From Candidatus Bathyarchaeota archaeon (lineage in GTDB: Archaea; Thermoproteota; Bathyarchaeia; Bathyarchaeales; Bathycorpusculaceae), in contig CAWFFH010000006.1 in the NCBI GenBank assembly GCA_963815095.1, forward strand, positions 147,289 through 211,288: DNA of 64,000 bases. The letters run 5' to 3'. The notes beneath the pieces are model-generated. The model worked only from the letters and a program-made list of their open reading frames with translations. It ran no database searches and was not told the origin of the DNA. A program made the position numbers and the translations under genes. Positions 31,710 to 42,400 of the stretch are shown here, one piece after another (position 1 is the first letter of the stretch; each line of letters opens with the position of its first letter).

Positions 31710-32373
31710 TTGACACTGTGCCCCTCCCGTTTTAAATGTTTCAAGGTTAGCTTTTAACATTTGTTATTTTCAAACCCTAAATCTCTGCATATGTGAAATT
31801 CACAAAGTGGGGTGAATCAAATTATTGACCAAACCGTGTTAATTTTCTAAACTTGGTGTGTGAAGAAGATAAAAAACGCGAAGCTCACAAATAACCGATG
31901 AGACCTTTTGGTCTCGCGTATTAAGTAGCCAATAACTATTATAGAACGTACGGGAAGCGTTAAAATTCAGTCTTTTTCCCCTCTCTAAATCTTCAACAAC
32001 TACACCTACAACAACAGCGAACTCTAACTCTCTCGTATCACTCTCTCCACGCATTCTTTCGTTACCTTGCTCAGACAGACACAAACAGAAAAAAAGGAGA
32101 TATTGCTTCATCTTCAGCCATTTATTATGTCGTATCAAAAACTAAGTCCGCTTTGGTTAGGCTGAAAAATGGATAATAAACATGGAAATGAACCTTGAAG
32201 GAGCAGGTTTACGCTCTTTTAAACGGTTGGCATCCACATTCATCGCTTATGTCTTCTAGATTTTTGAACAAAGACTGGTTTTGTCGACATATTTCGGGTT
32301 TTGCAACATTTGTTATATACAAACTTGTAGAACGAAATATCATGGGCAATTTAAGCAGGGGTATGAGGGAAAA

Positions 32374-32964
32374 ATGAAAAGTTTTAGACGAAGTTTTAAA
32401 GCTATTTCGCCAATATTCGCAGTTCTAATTCTTGTTTCAATTGTAGTTATTGCTAGCACAGTCGTTTACATGTTTACTAGTGGAACTTTTGCAACTGTAA
32501 CTGATAATGGATCTGGGGCATCAGAAAGAGTTTCGGTTTTAGCTGCTCAAATAACTATTGATGGAACTGGCACTGGCGTAGTGAATGTGTATGCTGAGAG
32601 TAAAAACAGCATTAATGTCATTGTCTCTAGTATCATAATTAAAGATGCAAATGGAAATGTGGTTACTACATTTACGCCTTCCACAACCTCGCCATATTCT
32701 AACTGCCTTCCCTCATCTGGAGCGTTGGTGCAAATCGGTTCAGAGCGTCTCACTTTAACTGGCGTAGCTGAAGGAAAAATTTACACTTTATCTGTAATAA
32801 GCACGAGAGGCGGCAGTTTCACTTCATCCACAGTCGTTGCGAACGCACCTACGCCTACTCCGAGTCCAACTTCAACTCCAACTCCCACACTAACACCAAC
32901 ACCAACAACAACTCCCAGACCAACACAACATCCCACTCCTACACCAACACCAAAACATCATTAG
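32374..32964 (+). CDS. Archaeal type IV pilin-like protein with a Pro/Thr tail
   Basis: Class III signal FKA|ISPIFAVLIL; C-terminal Y.L.V....GGSF motif shared with the other pilins here. Confidence 0.85.
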   Translation: MKSFRRSFKAISPIFAVLILVSIVVIASTVVYMFTSGTFATVTDNGSGASERVSVLAAQITIDGTGTGVVNVYAESKNSINVIVSSIIIKDANGNVVTTFTPSTTSPYSNCLPSSGALVQIGSERLTLTGVAEGKIYTLSVISTRGGSFTSSTVVANAPTPTPSPTSTPTPTLTPTPTTTPRPTQHPTPTPTPKHH

Positions 32965-33154
32965 CCTTCTCCTGCACACAACAAGTTTCTGTAATGCTAA
33001 AATAACCACAATCTCTCTTGTCTCTGCCCAGAATTAGAAGACAGAGGAATAGAGAAAAAGCTAAAATTAGTTTAAATTGTGAGATCTACAGAATTTCGCT
33101 TAATACTGTCAACTAATTAGTTCTTCATTTAGCAAAATGTTCCAAAGTGAAAGT

Positions 33155-33505
33155 TTACTTAGTCCAAGAGCGCCTCATGAGGAATGCACCAACCCCGACA
33201 CAAGCGATAGCATAAAGCGTAAGAACCAAAAGCGCAAAAGGAAGTCCCGTAGGGTTAGGATAAAACAACGCTTGACGCAAAGCATCGATCGAGTACCGTG
33301 TTGGGATGAACGCGCTTAAAGTCTTAAGCCAACGGGGAACCAATTCAATTACAGTAAACCCCCCACCCAAAAGGAACAGGTAAATCGCGGTCATTGAGGA
33401 GATAAATGCAACGTATCTTGAACCTTTTACGCAGGTACCAATTATTGCACCGATACCAGACGCACAAAATGCTGTTCCTAAGAATATTCCGAATAGAGTA
33501 GGCTT
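33155..33505 (-). pseudogene. 3' remnant of an ABC-2 permease
   Basis: FLLGGGF...VPRWLKTLSAFIPTRYSIDALR motif. No in-frame start for the upstream part, and the N-terminal half is missing. Confidence 0.6.
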
Positions 33506-33643
33506 TCATTTTTCCTTAACTTTACTGTGCGCGTAGTTATATTAGTTGTTTGAAGACTTACTCGAAAGTTGCGTTCGCTAAATTACGATGCTTAAGTATG
33601 GAATGCAAGGATTGATTGGTTGGATAGCTGATGGTTTAGGGGT

Positions 33644-34840
33644 TTATTTTTTTCCCATAAATTTGTTTATGAATGATTTCTTTTGCTGTTTATTTTCTTC
33701 CGGTTGCTTGCTGCTTATTGAATTGTCTTGTGGTTTGATTTCTAAGCTTTTTTCTATTTCAGATTTTATTTGTGCCATTGCTTCTTTTTCGTCCGCTGAA
33801 CCCTCAATTAAGAGAATGTTGTGGCCTTGAGCGATTTTTCTGGCCGTTTCGTTAAGTTGCGGAATAGCTACAAAGATAGGAACATCGACTTTGACTTCCG
33901 AGGTTTTGTATATGTATAGAATTAGAGGAGATGTAGAAACTTCAGATTCGCTTACAGCATGATCTAATGCAATGACTTTTTCTTGTCCATCAACTATTTT
34001 TTTGGCGATAAGACTAAAATGGTGTTGCATTCCACTTTTTTGGCCCATCACTAAGCCTGGAATTTCAACTGAGAACCCTAAGTTTACAAGGAGTTCTTGG
34101 ATGTTTTCTAAGCTGGCGACGTTTTGTCTAATTTCTTTCTTTCTCGCCAAGTTTAATGAAAACTTAGGTATATCGACAGGTTTAGCTTCTTTTATAGTGA
34201 AGTTCTTTGAGCAACTTCGACAGACAAGGTCTGATTCCGGGTTTTCGAATTTTTCCCCGCATTCTTGGCATATGTACCAACGACCCATATTACGATATTG
34301 GCCTTCGATTAAGGGTTCGCCGCACTTAGGACAATGGTTTTCTATGTACTTGTCTCTTTGATTTATGTATCCGCAGGGTATGTGTTCGGTTAAGCTCGTT
34401 TTTTCTACGTTGTGACTTTTGCATTTGGGGCAACGATTGTGTAATGTAATTATTGTTGATTCACAATTTGGACACACTGAAACTGAGTCAAAGAAACCTT
34501 TTTTCAGGATGTCCAATCGCGCGAGGTTTTCTAATAGATCTTTACTAATTACTTTCGCTTTAGGAGCATTCAAAACCTGACTCGTAGCCTGGTATACGAA
34601 TCCTTGCCCTAGAACGTACTTAGGAATTATCTCTTCACTATCGGAGTACTCAAGAATTTCTCTGAGTAGGTCGCGCGCTTTAGGTTCAATGTAGGCTTCC
34701 CTTCTTTCGAGCTCTATTTTGTCTTCCGTGTCCAATGCCTTTATTGTTTCTTTGTTCTTGTTTGGCAAAATCTTACTTATCAGTGGCTTTTGATTTTCGG
34801 TTATTTGTACGGTATCGGTACTTTGTGGGTTTTTTTTCAT
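33644..34840 (-). CDS. TackOD1-like multi-zinc-ribbon protein with a C-terminal restriction-endonuclease-like domain
   Basis: CPNC, CPKC..H..CGY, CPKC, CQEC and CRSC motifs, followed by G.KSG..H.F.L. Confidence 0.65.
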   Translation of the reverse strand: MKKNPQSTDTVQITENQKPLISKILPNKNKETIKALDTEDKIELERREAYIEPKARDLLREILEYSDSEEIIPKYVLGQGFVYQATSQVLNAPKAKVISKDLLENLARLDILKKGFFDSVSVCPNCESTIITLHNRCPKCKSHNVEKTSLTEHIPCGYINQRDKYIENHCPKCGEPLIEGQYRNMGRWYICQECGEKFENPESDLVCRSCSKNFTIKEAKPVDIPKFSLNLARKKEIRQNVASLENIQELLVNLGFSVEIPGLVMGQKSGMQHHFSLIAKKIVDGQEKVIALDHAVSESEVSTSPLILYIYKTSEVKVDVPIFVAIPQLNETARKIAQGHNILLIEGSADEKEAMAQIKSEIEKSLEIKPQDNSISSKQPEENKQQKKSFINKFMGKK

Positions 34841-34890
34841 TTAAGCGACCTGTCCTTTTCTGATTGATGTTCTTTTTTTGTGTTATTTTT

Positions 34891-35715
34891 TTAATGGAGG
34901 AATAGATAGAATGCTACACCTGAAACGACGGCTAAAACAGTCACATGTTTTAATCCGTTGGCGAAGCTTTCCTCGTTGATTTTTCCTGCAATGAGTCCTC
35001 CGAATACGGATTCTATCAAAGATGCGTGCAGGAATAGACGTCTTGATTCATTTTGTGAAAGTATTGGTTTAATGAAAGAAACTCCTGTTGAGGTTTGACT
35101 TAGTGGAGCGAACATCATGTTTGAAATAACTATAATTATGAACAGGAACATGAATACTGAGAAGTAGAAAATTGCAACGTATGGAAGTGTTTGCTGTCTT
35201 CTCTTTTGCGTCCATTCATTGATGTTTTCAAGGTACTTTGCTGTTGAGTCAAAGATGTTTGATAAGTCGCCACCGTGTTTTCCTGCTTCATTTATTAAAA
35301 TGGTCGCTTTTTTGATTAGTGGGAGATCGATTCTGGCGCCAAATTCGTCTAACGCATCGTTAAAGTTCATGCCCCAGCTCATATGCGCAACTAAGATTTT
35401 GAGTTCTTCTGTAAGCGGACCGTACATTCTGTGGGATGCATGTTCCATGGCGACTTGCAAGGGAATACCTGTCCGTGAAGCGGTGGCCAAGTCTCTTAGA
35501 AACTCGGGGGTTGCTTTTTCAATTTTCATTTTCCATCTATTGTGAATTATGCTCACGATACTTGGTGGGCCAACACCTATTGCCAATGCTATGATGATCA
35601 TGTAGTCTAATGTTGGGGATGTAAGGTAGAAGGCTGCTGCGAAAATGAAGAAGATAATGGCTGCTATGCCTGAGATGATAGCAATTAGCTTTATTGTTTT
35701 TTTAGGTATTCTCAT
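34891..35715 (-). CDS. Type II secretion F / TadC-like pilus platform protein
   Basis: PEFLRDLA...G, YGPLTEEL, GGDLS, GLIAGKI...GLKH motifs. Confidence 0.88.
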   Translation of the reverse strand: MRIPKKTIKLIAIISGIAAIIFFIFAAAFYLTSPTLDYMIIIALAIGVGPPSIVSIIHNRWKMKIEKATPEFLRDLATASRTGIPLQVAMEHASHRMYGPLTEELKILVAHMSWGMNFNDALDEFGARIDLPLIKKATILINEAGKHGGDLSNIFDSTAKYLENINEWTQKRRQQTLPYVAIFYFSVFMFLFIIIVISNMMFAPLSQTSTGVSFIKPILSQNESRRLFLHASLIESVFGGLIAGKINEESFANGLKHVTVLAVVSGVAFYLFLH

Positions 35716-35722
35716 GTAGTTA

Positions 35723-36604
35723 TCACTTTTCGAATGTTGACATTATGACCATCATTATGGCGCCCATAATTGGAATTCCAACGTAGGTTAGTAGATACAG
35801 AATGAGTGACATAGACATGCCAGCAATTGTTCCGCTTCCGATCATGCCTAATGTAACAAAGAGGACTACGAATAAAAGCGGAGCTGCAACGAGCATCATG
35901 ATGTAGATTTCAGCTGATGCTGCAAGAGATTCGAGCATAAGATCTAGTTTGCCGATTCGGTCTTTGGTGACCTTTTCTGTTGTAATTTTGAGATATTCTG
36001 TTGGGTTTCCGCCTGTTCTTACGGTTGCTACGTAGCCTTGGAGGATTTCTCCAAGTTGTTCATTAGGGGTCAGTTTGGCATTATCAAGAATTGAACTCAT
36101 TAAATCACTGCCAAAAACTTCTATGTCTCGAATTATGTTAGTAAATTCCATCCGAACTTCTTTTAAGGTATCAATTTTGGCCATTGAATCGAAGATGACG
36201 CTTGGTGGAACATTAGAGCTTGAGAGAAGGGTTAGAAAGTTGGCGATATATGGTAAATTCTTATCTATCGGACCATTTCTATTGCTGGCTTTCAATCCTG
36301 GGTAAATGTACATTACCATCAGTGTTATAAACGCGGCGGAAACAGCAATTACCAGGGTGAACAAGAAATTTGTCACCGAAAGCATTGGAACTCCACTTAA
36401 AAGTGGAAAGATAATAAATGCAATGGGGATTGCAGCTGCAAAAGCGATGATTGAAGTTAAGACCATGAAGGCGATGTAGGCTTTGAAGGCGATTAGTACG
36501 CCGCCTTTTTTTAACTGGACATGAATCTCTTGGAAATGTGGGTATAGTCTCTGTAACCTTTTGTTTAGCAGATCGTATGCTGTTGCCCAAGGTTGAAATT
36601 TCAT
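35723..36604 (-). CDS. Type II secretion F / TadB-like pilus platform protein
   Basis: IDKNLPY, G.DL...I......TP, TGG and AEIY motifs; multiple TM helices. Confidence 0.88.
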   Translation of the reverse strand: MKFQPWATAYDLLNKRLQRLYPHFQEIHVQLKKGGVLIAFKAYIAFMVLTSIIAFAAAIPIAFIIFPLLSGVPMLSVTNFLFTLVIAVSAAFITLMVMYIYPGLKASNRNGPIDKNLPYIANFLTLLSSSNVPPSVIFDSMAKIDTLKEVRMEFTNIIRDIEVFGSDLMSSILDNAKLTPNEQLGEILQGYVATVRTGGNPTEYLKITTEKVTKDRIGKLDLMLESLAASAEIYIMMLVAAPLLFVVLFVTLGMIGSGTIAGMSMSLILYLLTYVGIPIMGAIMMVIMSTFEK

Positions 36605-36606
36605 TT

Positions 36607-38238
36607 TTAGCTCACTTTTGCTTTTCGGTAGATTTGTTGTGGGTCAGAGAAGTAGTCTAAGACTAATTTTGAGACCTGCTCATATGAACGCAAATGGTTC
36701 CTAACCATATACTCAAGGATTGTTTGCCGCATTTCTAGTTCTTGATCTATTTCTTCCGATGTATATCCCCATTGAGTAGCGATTCGGTCTAGCAGGGGGC
36801 TTCTTGAAACTTTTTCGTAGGTGTCTTTTTCAGTGTTCCAGGTGAATATGTCTTGAATTTTGAAGTCGTTTTTCTCTTTGTCCCATCCAACCATTTCTGA
36901 TACGCTTATGGTTCGCCTTAGCGAGACGTTGTTTACGACTAGTCGTCGGACGATTGAGATAGCGTTCAAGTTTTCTACTTGTGTTTGGGGTATGTTCATG
37001 GGTTTTGTTGTTAATCTGTGGAGGACACCTTGTACGTGTTCTGCGTGTATGGTTGTTAAGCCTAAGTGTCCTGTTGCCATGGCTTGGAAAAGCGCGTAGG
37101 CTTCTTCGCCTCTAATTTCGCCTACTATGATGAAGTCGGGACGTTGTCTTAGGGCTGCTCTGAGCAAGTCGAACATGCTGATGCTGCCTATTCCAGCTTC
37201 GCCGACTGCTCCTGCGCCTGTGCCTAAGCCTTGCCTTGTTACCATCATTTCCCAGTTTTGGTGGGGTAATCGGATTTCTTGTGTGTCTTCTATGCTTACT
37301 ATTTTTAGGGTTGGCCGAATGAATAGGCTGATGGCGTTAAGCATTGAAGTTTTTCCTCCACCGATGTCGCCGCCTATCATAACTGAGTGGCGGTTTTCTA
37401 TTAAGAACCAGTAGTAAGCTGCGATTTCTGGTGACAACGCCTTGTATATTATTAGATCGGTGATTGTGAGGGGAGTCTTTTTGAATTTTCGGATGGTGAA
37501 GGTGCTTCCTTTTGGTGTAACTTCGGTTCCATAGGTTACTTGGGCTCGGCTGCCGTCATTTAATGTTCCGTCAAGGATTGGTTGTGCGATGGAGATGTGT
37601 CTGCCGCAGAGGTAAGCGAGTTTGAAAACAAAGTTTTCTAGTTCTTGATGAGTTTCAAATTTTACGTTTGAGGGTATGGATTCATATTTGCGGTGCCAAA
37701 CAAATACCGGCGAGTTAGTTCCATCGCAGGAGACGTCTTCAATGTTTTCGTCTCTCATTATGCCATCTATTTTTCCAAACCCTAAGAAATCTCTGCCAAT
37801 ATAATACTGATATTTGCCAAGTGTGTTGGCATCCACGTTTATTCGATATTTTATTGCCGTTTCTAAAATTTTATATTTTAAGAAATCGTCTGCTTCCTGT
37901 CCATTTTTGAATCCTTTCGTATTAACGGAAAGTTCATCCCAAAGAATACTTTTTAATTCAGCTAGGATTTGTTCATCCAATTTAGTTAATGTAGGCTCTA
38001 AAAGTGAATATTTTACTTCGTTTCTTTCGTCTTCAACGATTGCAGCGTATGAAAAAGGAAGCAAAAGAGGATAATGTTCTTTGAATGTTTCAGGAACCTC
38101 TGAACCCATAGCCGCGTCCGTGTGGGATACAATAGCAGGACCAGGCGTATCAATATCTATGACTGAGGCATTTTCCTTTTGTAGTTGTGATTGCTCAGTT
38201 TTCTTTTCATGTTTCCAAATCTTCAAGTCAGCGACCAC
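36607..38238 (-). CDS. Type II/IV secretion ATPase (FlaI/TadA-like pilus assembly ATPase)
   Basis: IEDVSCDG, FTIRKF, GDIGGGKTS, IEDTQE, LRQRPDFIIVGEIRGEE and TGH motifs. Confidence 0.94.
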   Translation of the reverse strand: MVADLKIWKHEKKTEQSQLQKENASVIDIDTPGPAIVSHTDAAMGSEVPETFKEHYPLLLPFSYAAIVEDERNEVKYSLLEPTLTKLDEQILAELKSILWDELSVNTKGFKNGQEADDFLKYKILETAIKYRINVDANTLGKYQYYIGRDFLGFGKIDGIMRDENIEDVSCDGTNSPVFVWHRKYESIPSNVKFETHQELENFVFKLAYLCGRHISIAQPILDGTLNDGSRAQVTYGTEVTPKGSTFTIRKFKKTPLTITDLIIYKALSPEIAAYYWFLIENRHSVMIGGDIGGGKTSMLNAISLFIRPTLKIVSIEDTQEIRLPHQNWEMMVTRQGLGTGAGAVGEAGIGSISMFDLLRAALRQRPDFIIVGEIRGEEAYALFQAMATGHLGLTTIHAEHVQGVLHRLTTKPMNIPQTQVENLNAISIVRRLVVNNVSLRRTISVSEMVGWDKEKNDFKIQDIFTWNTEKDTYEKVSRSPLLDRIATQWGYTSEEIDQELEMRQTILEYMVRNHLRSYEQVSKLVLDYFSDPQQIYRKAKVS

Positions 38239-38304
38239 GTGACTTTATTCCCTAAGAGTCCATATAAACCATGTAAATGGCGAGTAGGCAGGTCTACATT
38301 GAGT

Positions 38305-39342
38305 TTATGCCAGATTTTTCAGATAAAACCTTTTAATGGTCAAAAAGGAGGGTTTATGGTAAGCATAGTGCTTTCTTACCGCAACTACCATCAGCATTGT
38401 AATTGCTATGAAAGTCGAAATTGCTAAAATAAATGGGATTTCTGGAACGACAGGAGTAGTTGTAGGGTCAGTTGAAGTTGGTTTCGAAGTTGGCTTATTG
38501 GTTGGATTTGATGATTCTTTAGGGGTTGGAGTGGGAGATATTGATGGGTGTGTGGTAGGAGTTGGAGAAGGTGACAGCGTTGGGGTTGGAGTGGGAGAAT
38601 CCGTTGGCGTTGGTGATGGTGAAGGCGTAGGTGCAGGAGTAGGAGTGGGTGTTGCAGTGGGTACTGGAGTTGAAGTTGGTGCAGGTCCAGAGGACCCAAA
38701 CGGCTGGGTGCTGACAATTACATCGTCATAGTTAGTGCTGGCTTTCCAAGTCCGAATTGTATCAAATATCAAGGTATTTAGGTAATATCCGTCAACCTGA
38801 GGCATGTCTTGTTTTGCAATAACTGACCCATTTAGCCATAATGTCGCCGAAGATAGGGAACCCTGATTTGGGTCTAGATATAAAGATAAAGTTATGTTGT
38901 ACCAGATATTCGGAGACAAAATAGCATTTGTTTCATTATAACCATAATCCCAATCGAATATGATTCCGTATTGATCTTGATAAATGCCTATGTACGCTGT
39001 TTCTCCTAGCAAAGATAGAATGTAAGAGTAGCCCGTTTTATTTGTTTCATAAAATATTTGAATATATAATTGACCCGTAACATTATCAAAAGTTGCGTGG
39101 CTGAAATTCGTACTTTGTGGTGATACTTGAAGTGAATTGTTTGGACTTACGTAATGAGTATTGTTAAGGAGATCACTTGAGCCTATGATAAACTGTGAGT
39201 TTGGTTGATTAGTGTCAAAGTCGTCACTAAATAAAGGAGCTAATTGGGCTTTAACTAATTGAGGTTTAACAATTGTTAGGAACATGCTCGAAAGTAATAT
39301 CACTATTATAAACATCAATAGTTTTTTTCTTTGTGATTTCAA
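38305..39342 (-). CDS. Secreted LamG/ConA-like domain protein with a PT linker and a VPE (PEF-CTERM-like) anchor
   Basis: Signal peptide, FSDDFD...WY.I.L...LWLNG...YDDV, PT linker, VVPEIP+TM+RK. Confidence 0.7.
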   Translation of the reverse strand: MKSQRKKLLMFIIVILLSSMFLTIVKPQLVKAQLAPLFSDDFDTNQPNSQFIIGSSDLLNNTHYVSPNNSLQVSPQSTNFSHATFDNVTGQLYIQIFYETNKTGYSYILSLLGETAYIGIYQDQYGIIFDWDYGYNETNAILSPNIWYNITLSLYLDPNQGSLSSATLWLNGSVIAKQDMPQVDGYYLNTLIFDTIRTWKASTNYDDVIVSTQPFGSSGPAPTSTPVPTATPTPTPAPTPSPSPTPTDSPTPTPTLSPSPTPTTHPSISPTPTPKESSNPTNKPTSKPTSTDPTTTPVVPEIPFILAISTFIAITMLMVVAVRKHYAYHKPSFLTIKRFYLKNLA

Positions 39343-39421
39343 TTTTTCTTCACCGTTTGTCTTAATTCTAATTTATTTGCATTGTCAGAAATTTCTATAA
39401 AGAAAATACTTGGGTGGGTAC

Positions 39422-42400
39422 TCATGTGCTAAAGTTCACCATTATCCAAACTTCTGAGCATCTAGTTTGTCCAGATGCACGATGTAGCGTTAACCCGCTT
39501 TGAAGGTTATTTATATCGCTCATAGTCCAAGCTCCGCCTCCTGGTCTTGTAAAAGTATCTGAATGGGTAGTCCACGTGTTTAACGCTGGAGTAAAGTTGT
39601 TGCTTGTTAGCGTGTTGGTTCCAAGGGTAAGTGAGGATGTTACATAATTGCTGGAAACAGCTGTGAAATCCACTCTTATGTATTGAGTAACGCTGCTAAT
39701 TGTACCAGTAACTGAGCCAATGGACTGAAGGGAGTAAGAATCGGTAAAGGTTCCGCTTTTTCCGGCATATACATATGTGCTATCGCTGCTGTCTGATACA
39801 TCGACCCAATGATTGCTGTTGTTTGGGGCTTCGCTAGGTATGTTTTCGGTTATGGATGCCTCAGGGTCTATAGTCATTTGACCATTCCAGTGCCACATGA
39901 CGGATGATGGTTGGGTTAGGGTGAAGCTGACCGTTGGTCCTGAGCCGCTTGATGGTGCATTTCCAGTTCCTGTAAATCCATTTGAATTGTAGATAATACT
40001 TGGTGGACCCGCAATAATTACCGTAGTAGAGACTGAAGAAGAGATAATTGTTCCTGAATCATAGTAACCTGAAGTTTGACCGCCAGAAGTGCCGGCAGCT
40101 GAAGTCACAGTCAACTCATATTGAGTCTTGTAAGTACCTATAATGGTGGCTCCGGTAGTTCCACTAACTGGAGAGGCTGGAGAAGTCCCTATCAAAGCAA
40201 ATTGCGTTTCAGAAACTGAACCTGCAACTGTAGAATAATAAATGTAAGATGTGCCGCTATCAAACCAATTCGTAAACGGAAGCTGACTATATAGCACATC
40301 AGAACCTCCAACACTTATCACCTTAGTATTAGGAGCAACAGAGCCCAAACCGGAAGCGGCAAAAGATACCTGGTACTGAGTTTTCCAGTTCCATATGCAC
40401 GTTGTGTAAGCATTTATCGCAAATGATCCTGTGCTACTTGAGCCAGCACTCCCGCCTGAACTTAAACTGCCCGAACCCGTCCAGCCTGTAGTTACGTATT
40501 GGATTCCAGTTACCCCAGAAAAAGGAGTTGTTACAGTTGATGATATGGTAGTTCCTGCATTGTACCATCCTGAGCCAGTTGCACTGTCATACGTGGATGA
40601 AACTGTGAAGTAGAATTGCTGTTGGAAGTTGGCCGTATAAGTTGTAATAGTGGCTGGCGACACAGTGTGTGATTGTGCTCCAGCGTCGCTCCAGCTTAAA
40701 TACTGATACTGTCTTTGCCCAGCAACTACAGTTACAGTCGAGCTTGCTGCAATTGTATGAGTTGAACCACTATCCCACCAAGAGGTTGTATATGGCGTTG
40801 ATTGGGCAACTCCATCTACTGTAATGAATCCACTTCCTGTAGCTGGAGAGCTAGTTATTGTGTGTTGATATTGAGTCTTATAAGCACCAGAATAGGCCCC
40901 TGCAGTCAATATAGGTGAAGTGCCCGTACTTCCTGTACTTACAAACTGCTTACCAGCACCTCCAGCAACAGTTGGCACCCAATTGAAAATCGTTCCACTA
41001 TCAAACCAAACGTTAGCAGGCAAAGCATTGTAAGCATAGTTTGTAGAACTAACCGTTAACACTGCATTGGTCCCAGCAGAACTATCAACACCAGACTGAC
41101 TAAAACTCACCTGATACTGATGATGCATATTCACAATCTGGGTTTGCGCTGACGTAGCCAAAATGCTGGCTGGAACCGGAACCCACTGTTCACCGACTCC
41201 TTCAGCAGAAGTGCTAAAAGCGATGGAACCTAAAGCATCAAACCAGTAACCCGTCGCAGCATTAGTTAATGAAGGCGCATAAGCAACCCCAAATGAGGCA
41301 CCAGTGGCAGCGGGAGCTGCGGGCGAACCACCAGCGAAAACAGAGTAGCTCAACGTTTGCGGATACTGATGATAATAAGACGTGGAATAAGTGTTTCCGC
41401 CAGAAGTTAAAACAGCGGTTGAGTATGCTCCGTTTATTGCCCATCTTTGCGTTGAACTGCTCAAAGCTGTGTTAACAGGGAAAGTAACAACAGTATTGTA
41501 ATCACTCCACGAAGATGATCTCCAACTGTTGCCTGAGTTAAGCGCTGTGATAGTACTCGAGCTTGCACCCAGATAAGTTCCAGTCATAGTAAGAGAATCT
41601 CCACTTCCAGCATTACCACCATTAAATGTGACACTGAAAGTATTCTGCACTTGCTCGAAGCCAGTGACCGTAACAGGGGTAACTGAGGCTGTATAAGAGA
41701 TTGAACTTGCAGAGAAATCGCTAGCCACGATGAAGCCATTGCGAGTATTTCCACTATTAGAGAAAGACAGAGTAAATGAGGACCCTGAAAACATAGTTAC
41801 AGAATGTGAGGTTCCATCAGCTGCGAAAGTGTTTGGAGCAGGATTACCGCCATTCACTGTCACAGTGGCGCTTGGAGCTGAATCGCTCAGAGTAACTGTG
41901 ATGCTCTGGGTCACAGTGTTTACCGTGAATGTGTTGAGGCCAGAGTTAGCAGCAGCATCGGTGATGACAACCGTTTGAACACTTCCTATTGCCCAAGTTG
42001 ATACCCAGGTTGGTACTGTGAAGGTCGCGCCAGTAAACGCGCCTGAAGAATTTGTACTTGTGGTGCCCACAAGTGTTACCGTTGATCCTGCAAACTTTAA
42101 TGCAAGAATGGAATTTGCAGCAAATCCTGAACCTGACACATTAACAGTTGAACCAACATCACCGTTTGTTGAATTTAGAGAGATTGAGGGGGTTACGGCG
42201 AATGTGGTAGTGGCTGAATTTGAATTAGCGTCGGTTGCGACAACGTTTTTCGTTCCGGCTGTTTGACCTGAAGGAACTGTGAAGTTAGAGGTGAAAAAGC
42301 CAAAGCCATCAGTATTAACATTTACAGGAGCCGTTGTAACAGTTGCACCTGCAAAGGTGACGGTAACTGATTGAGAAGCGGCAAAACCTGTACCGGTCAC

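Noticed and set aside
31839-32138. 99-aa minus-strand ORF
   Set aside because: Weak start, no motifs, low-complexity purine-rich sequence
33011-33056. Imperfect hairpin between the convergent pilin and permease remnant
   Set aside because: Too many mismatches to call a terminator or MITE
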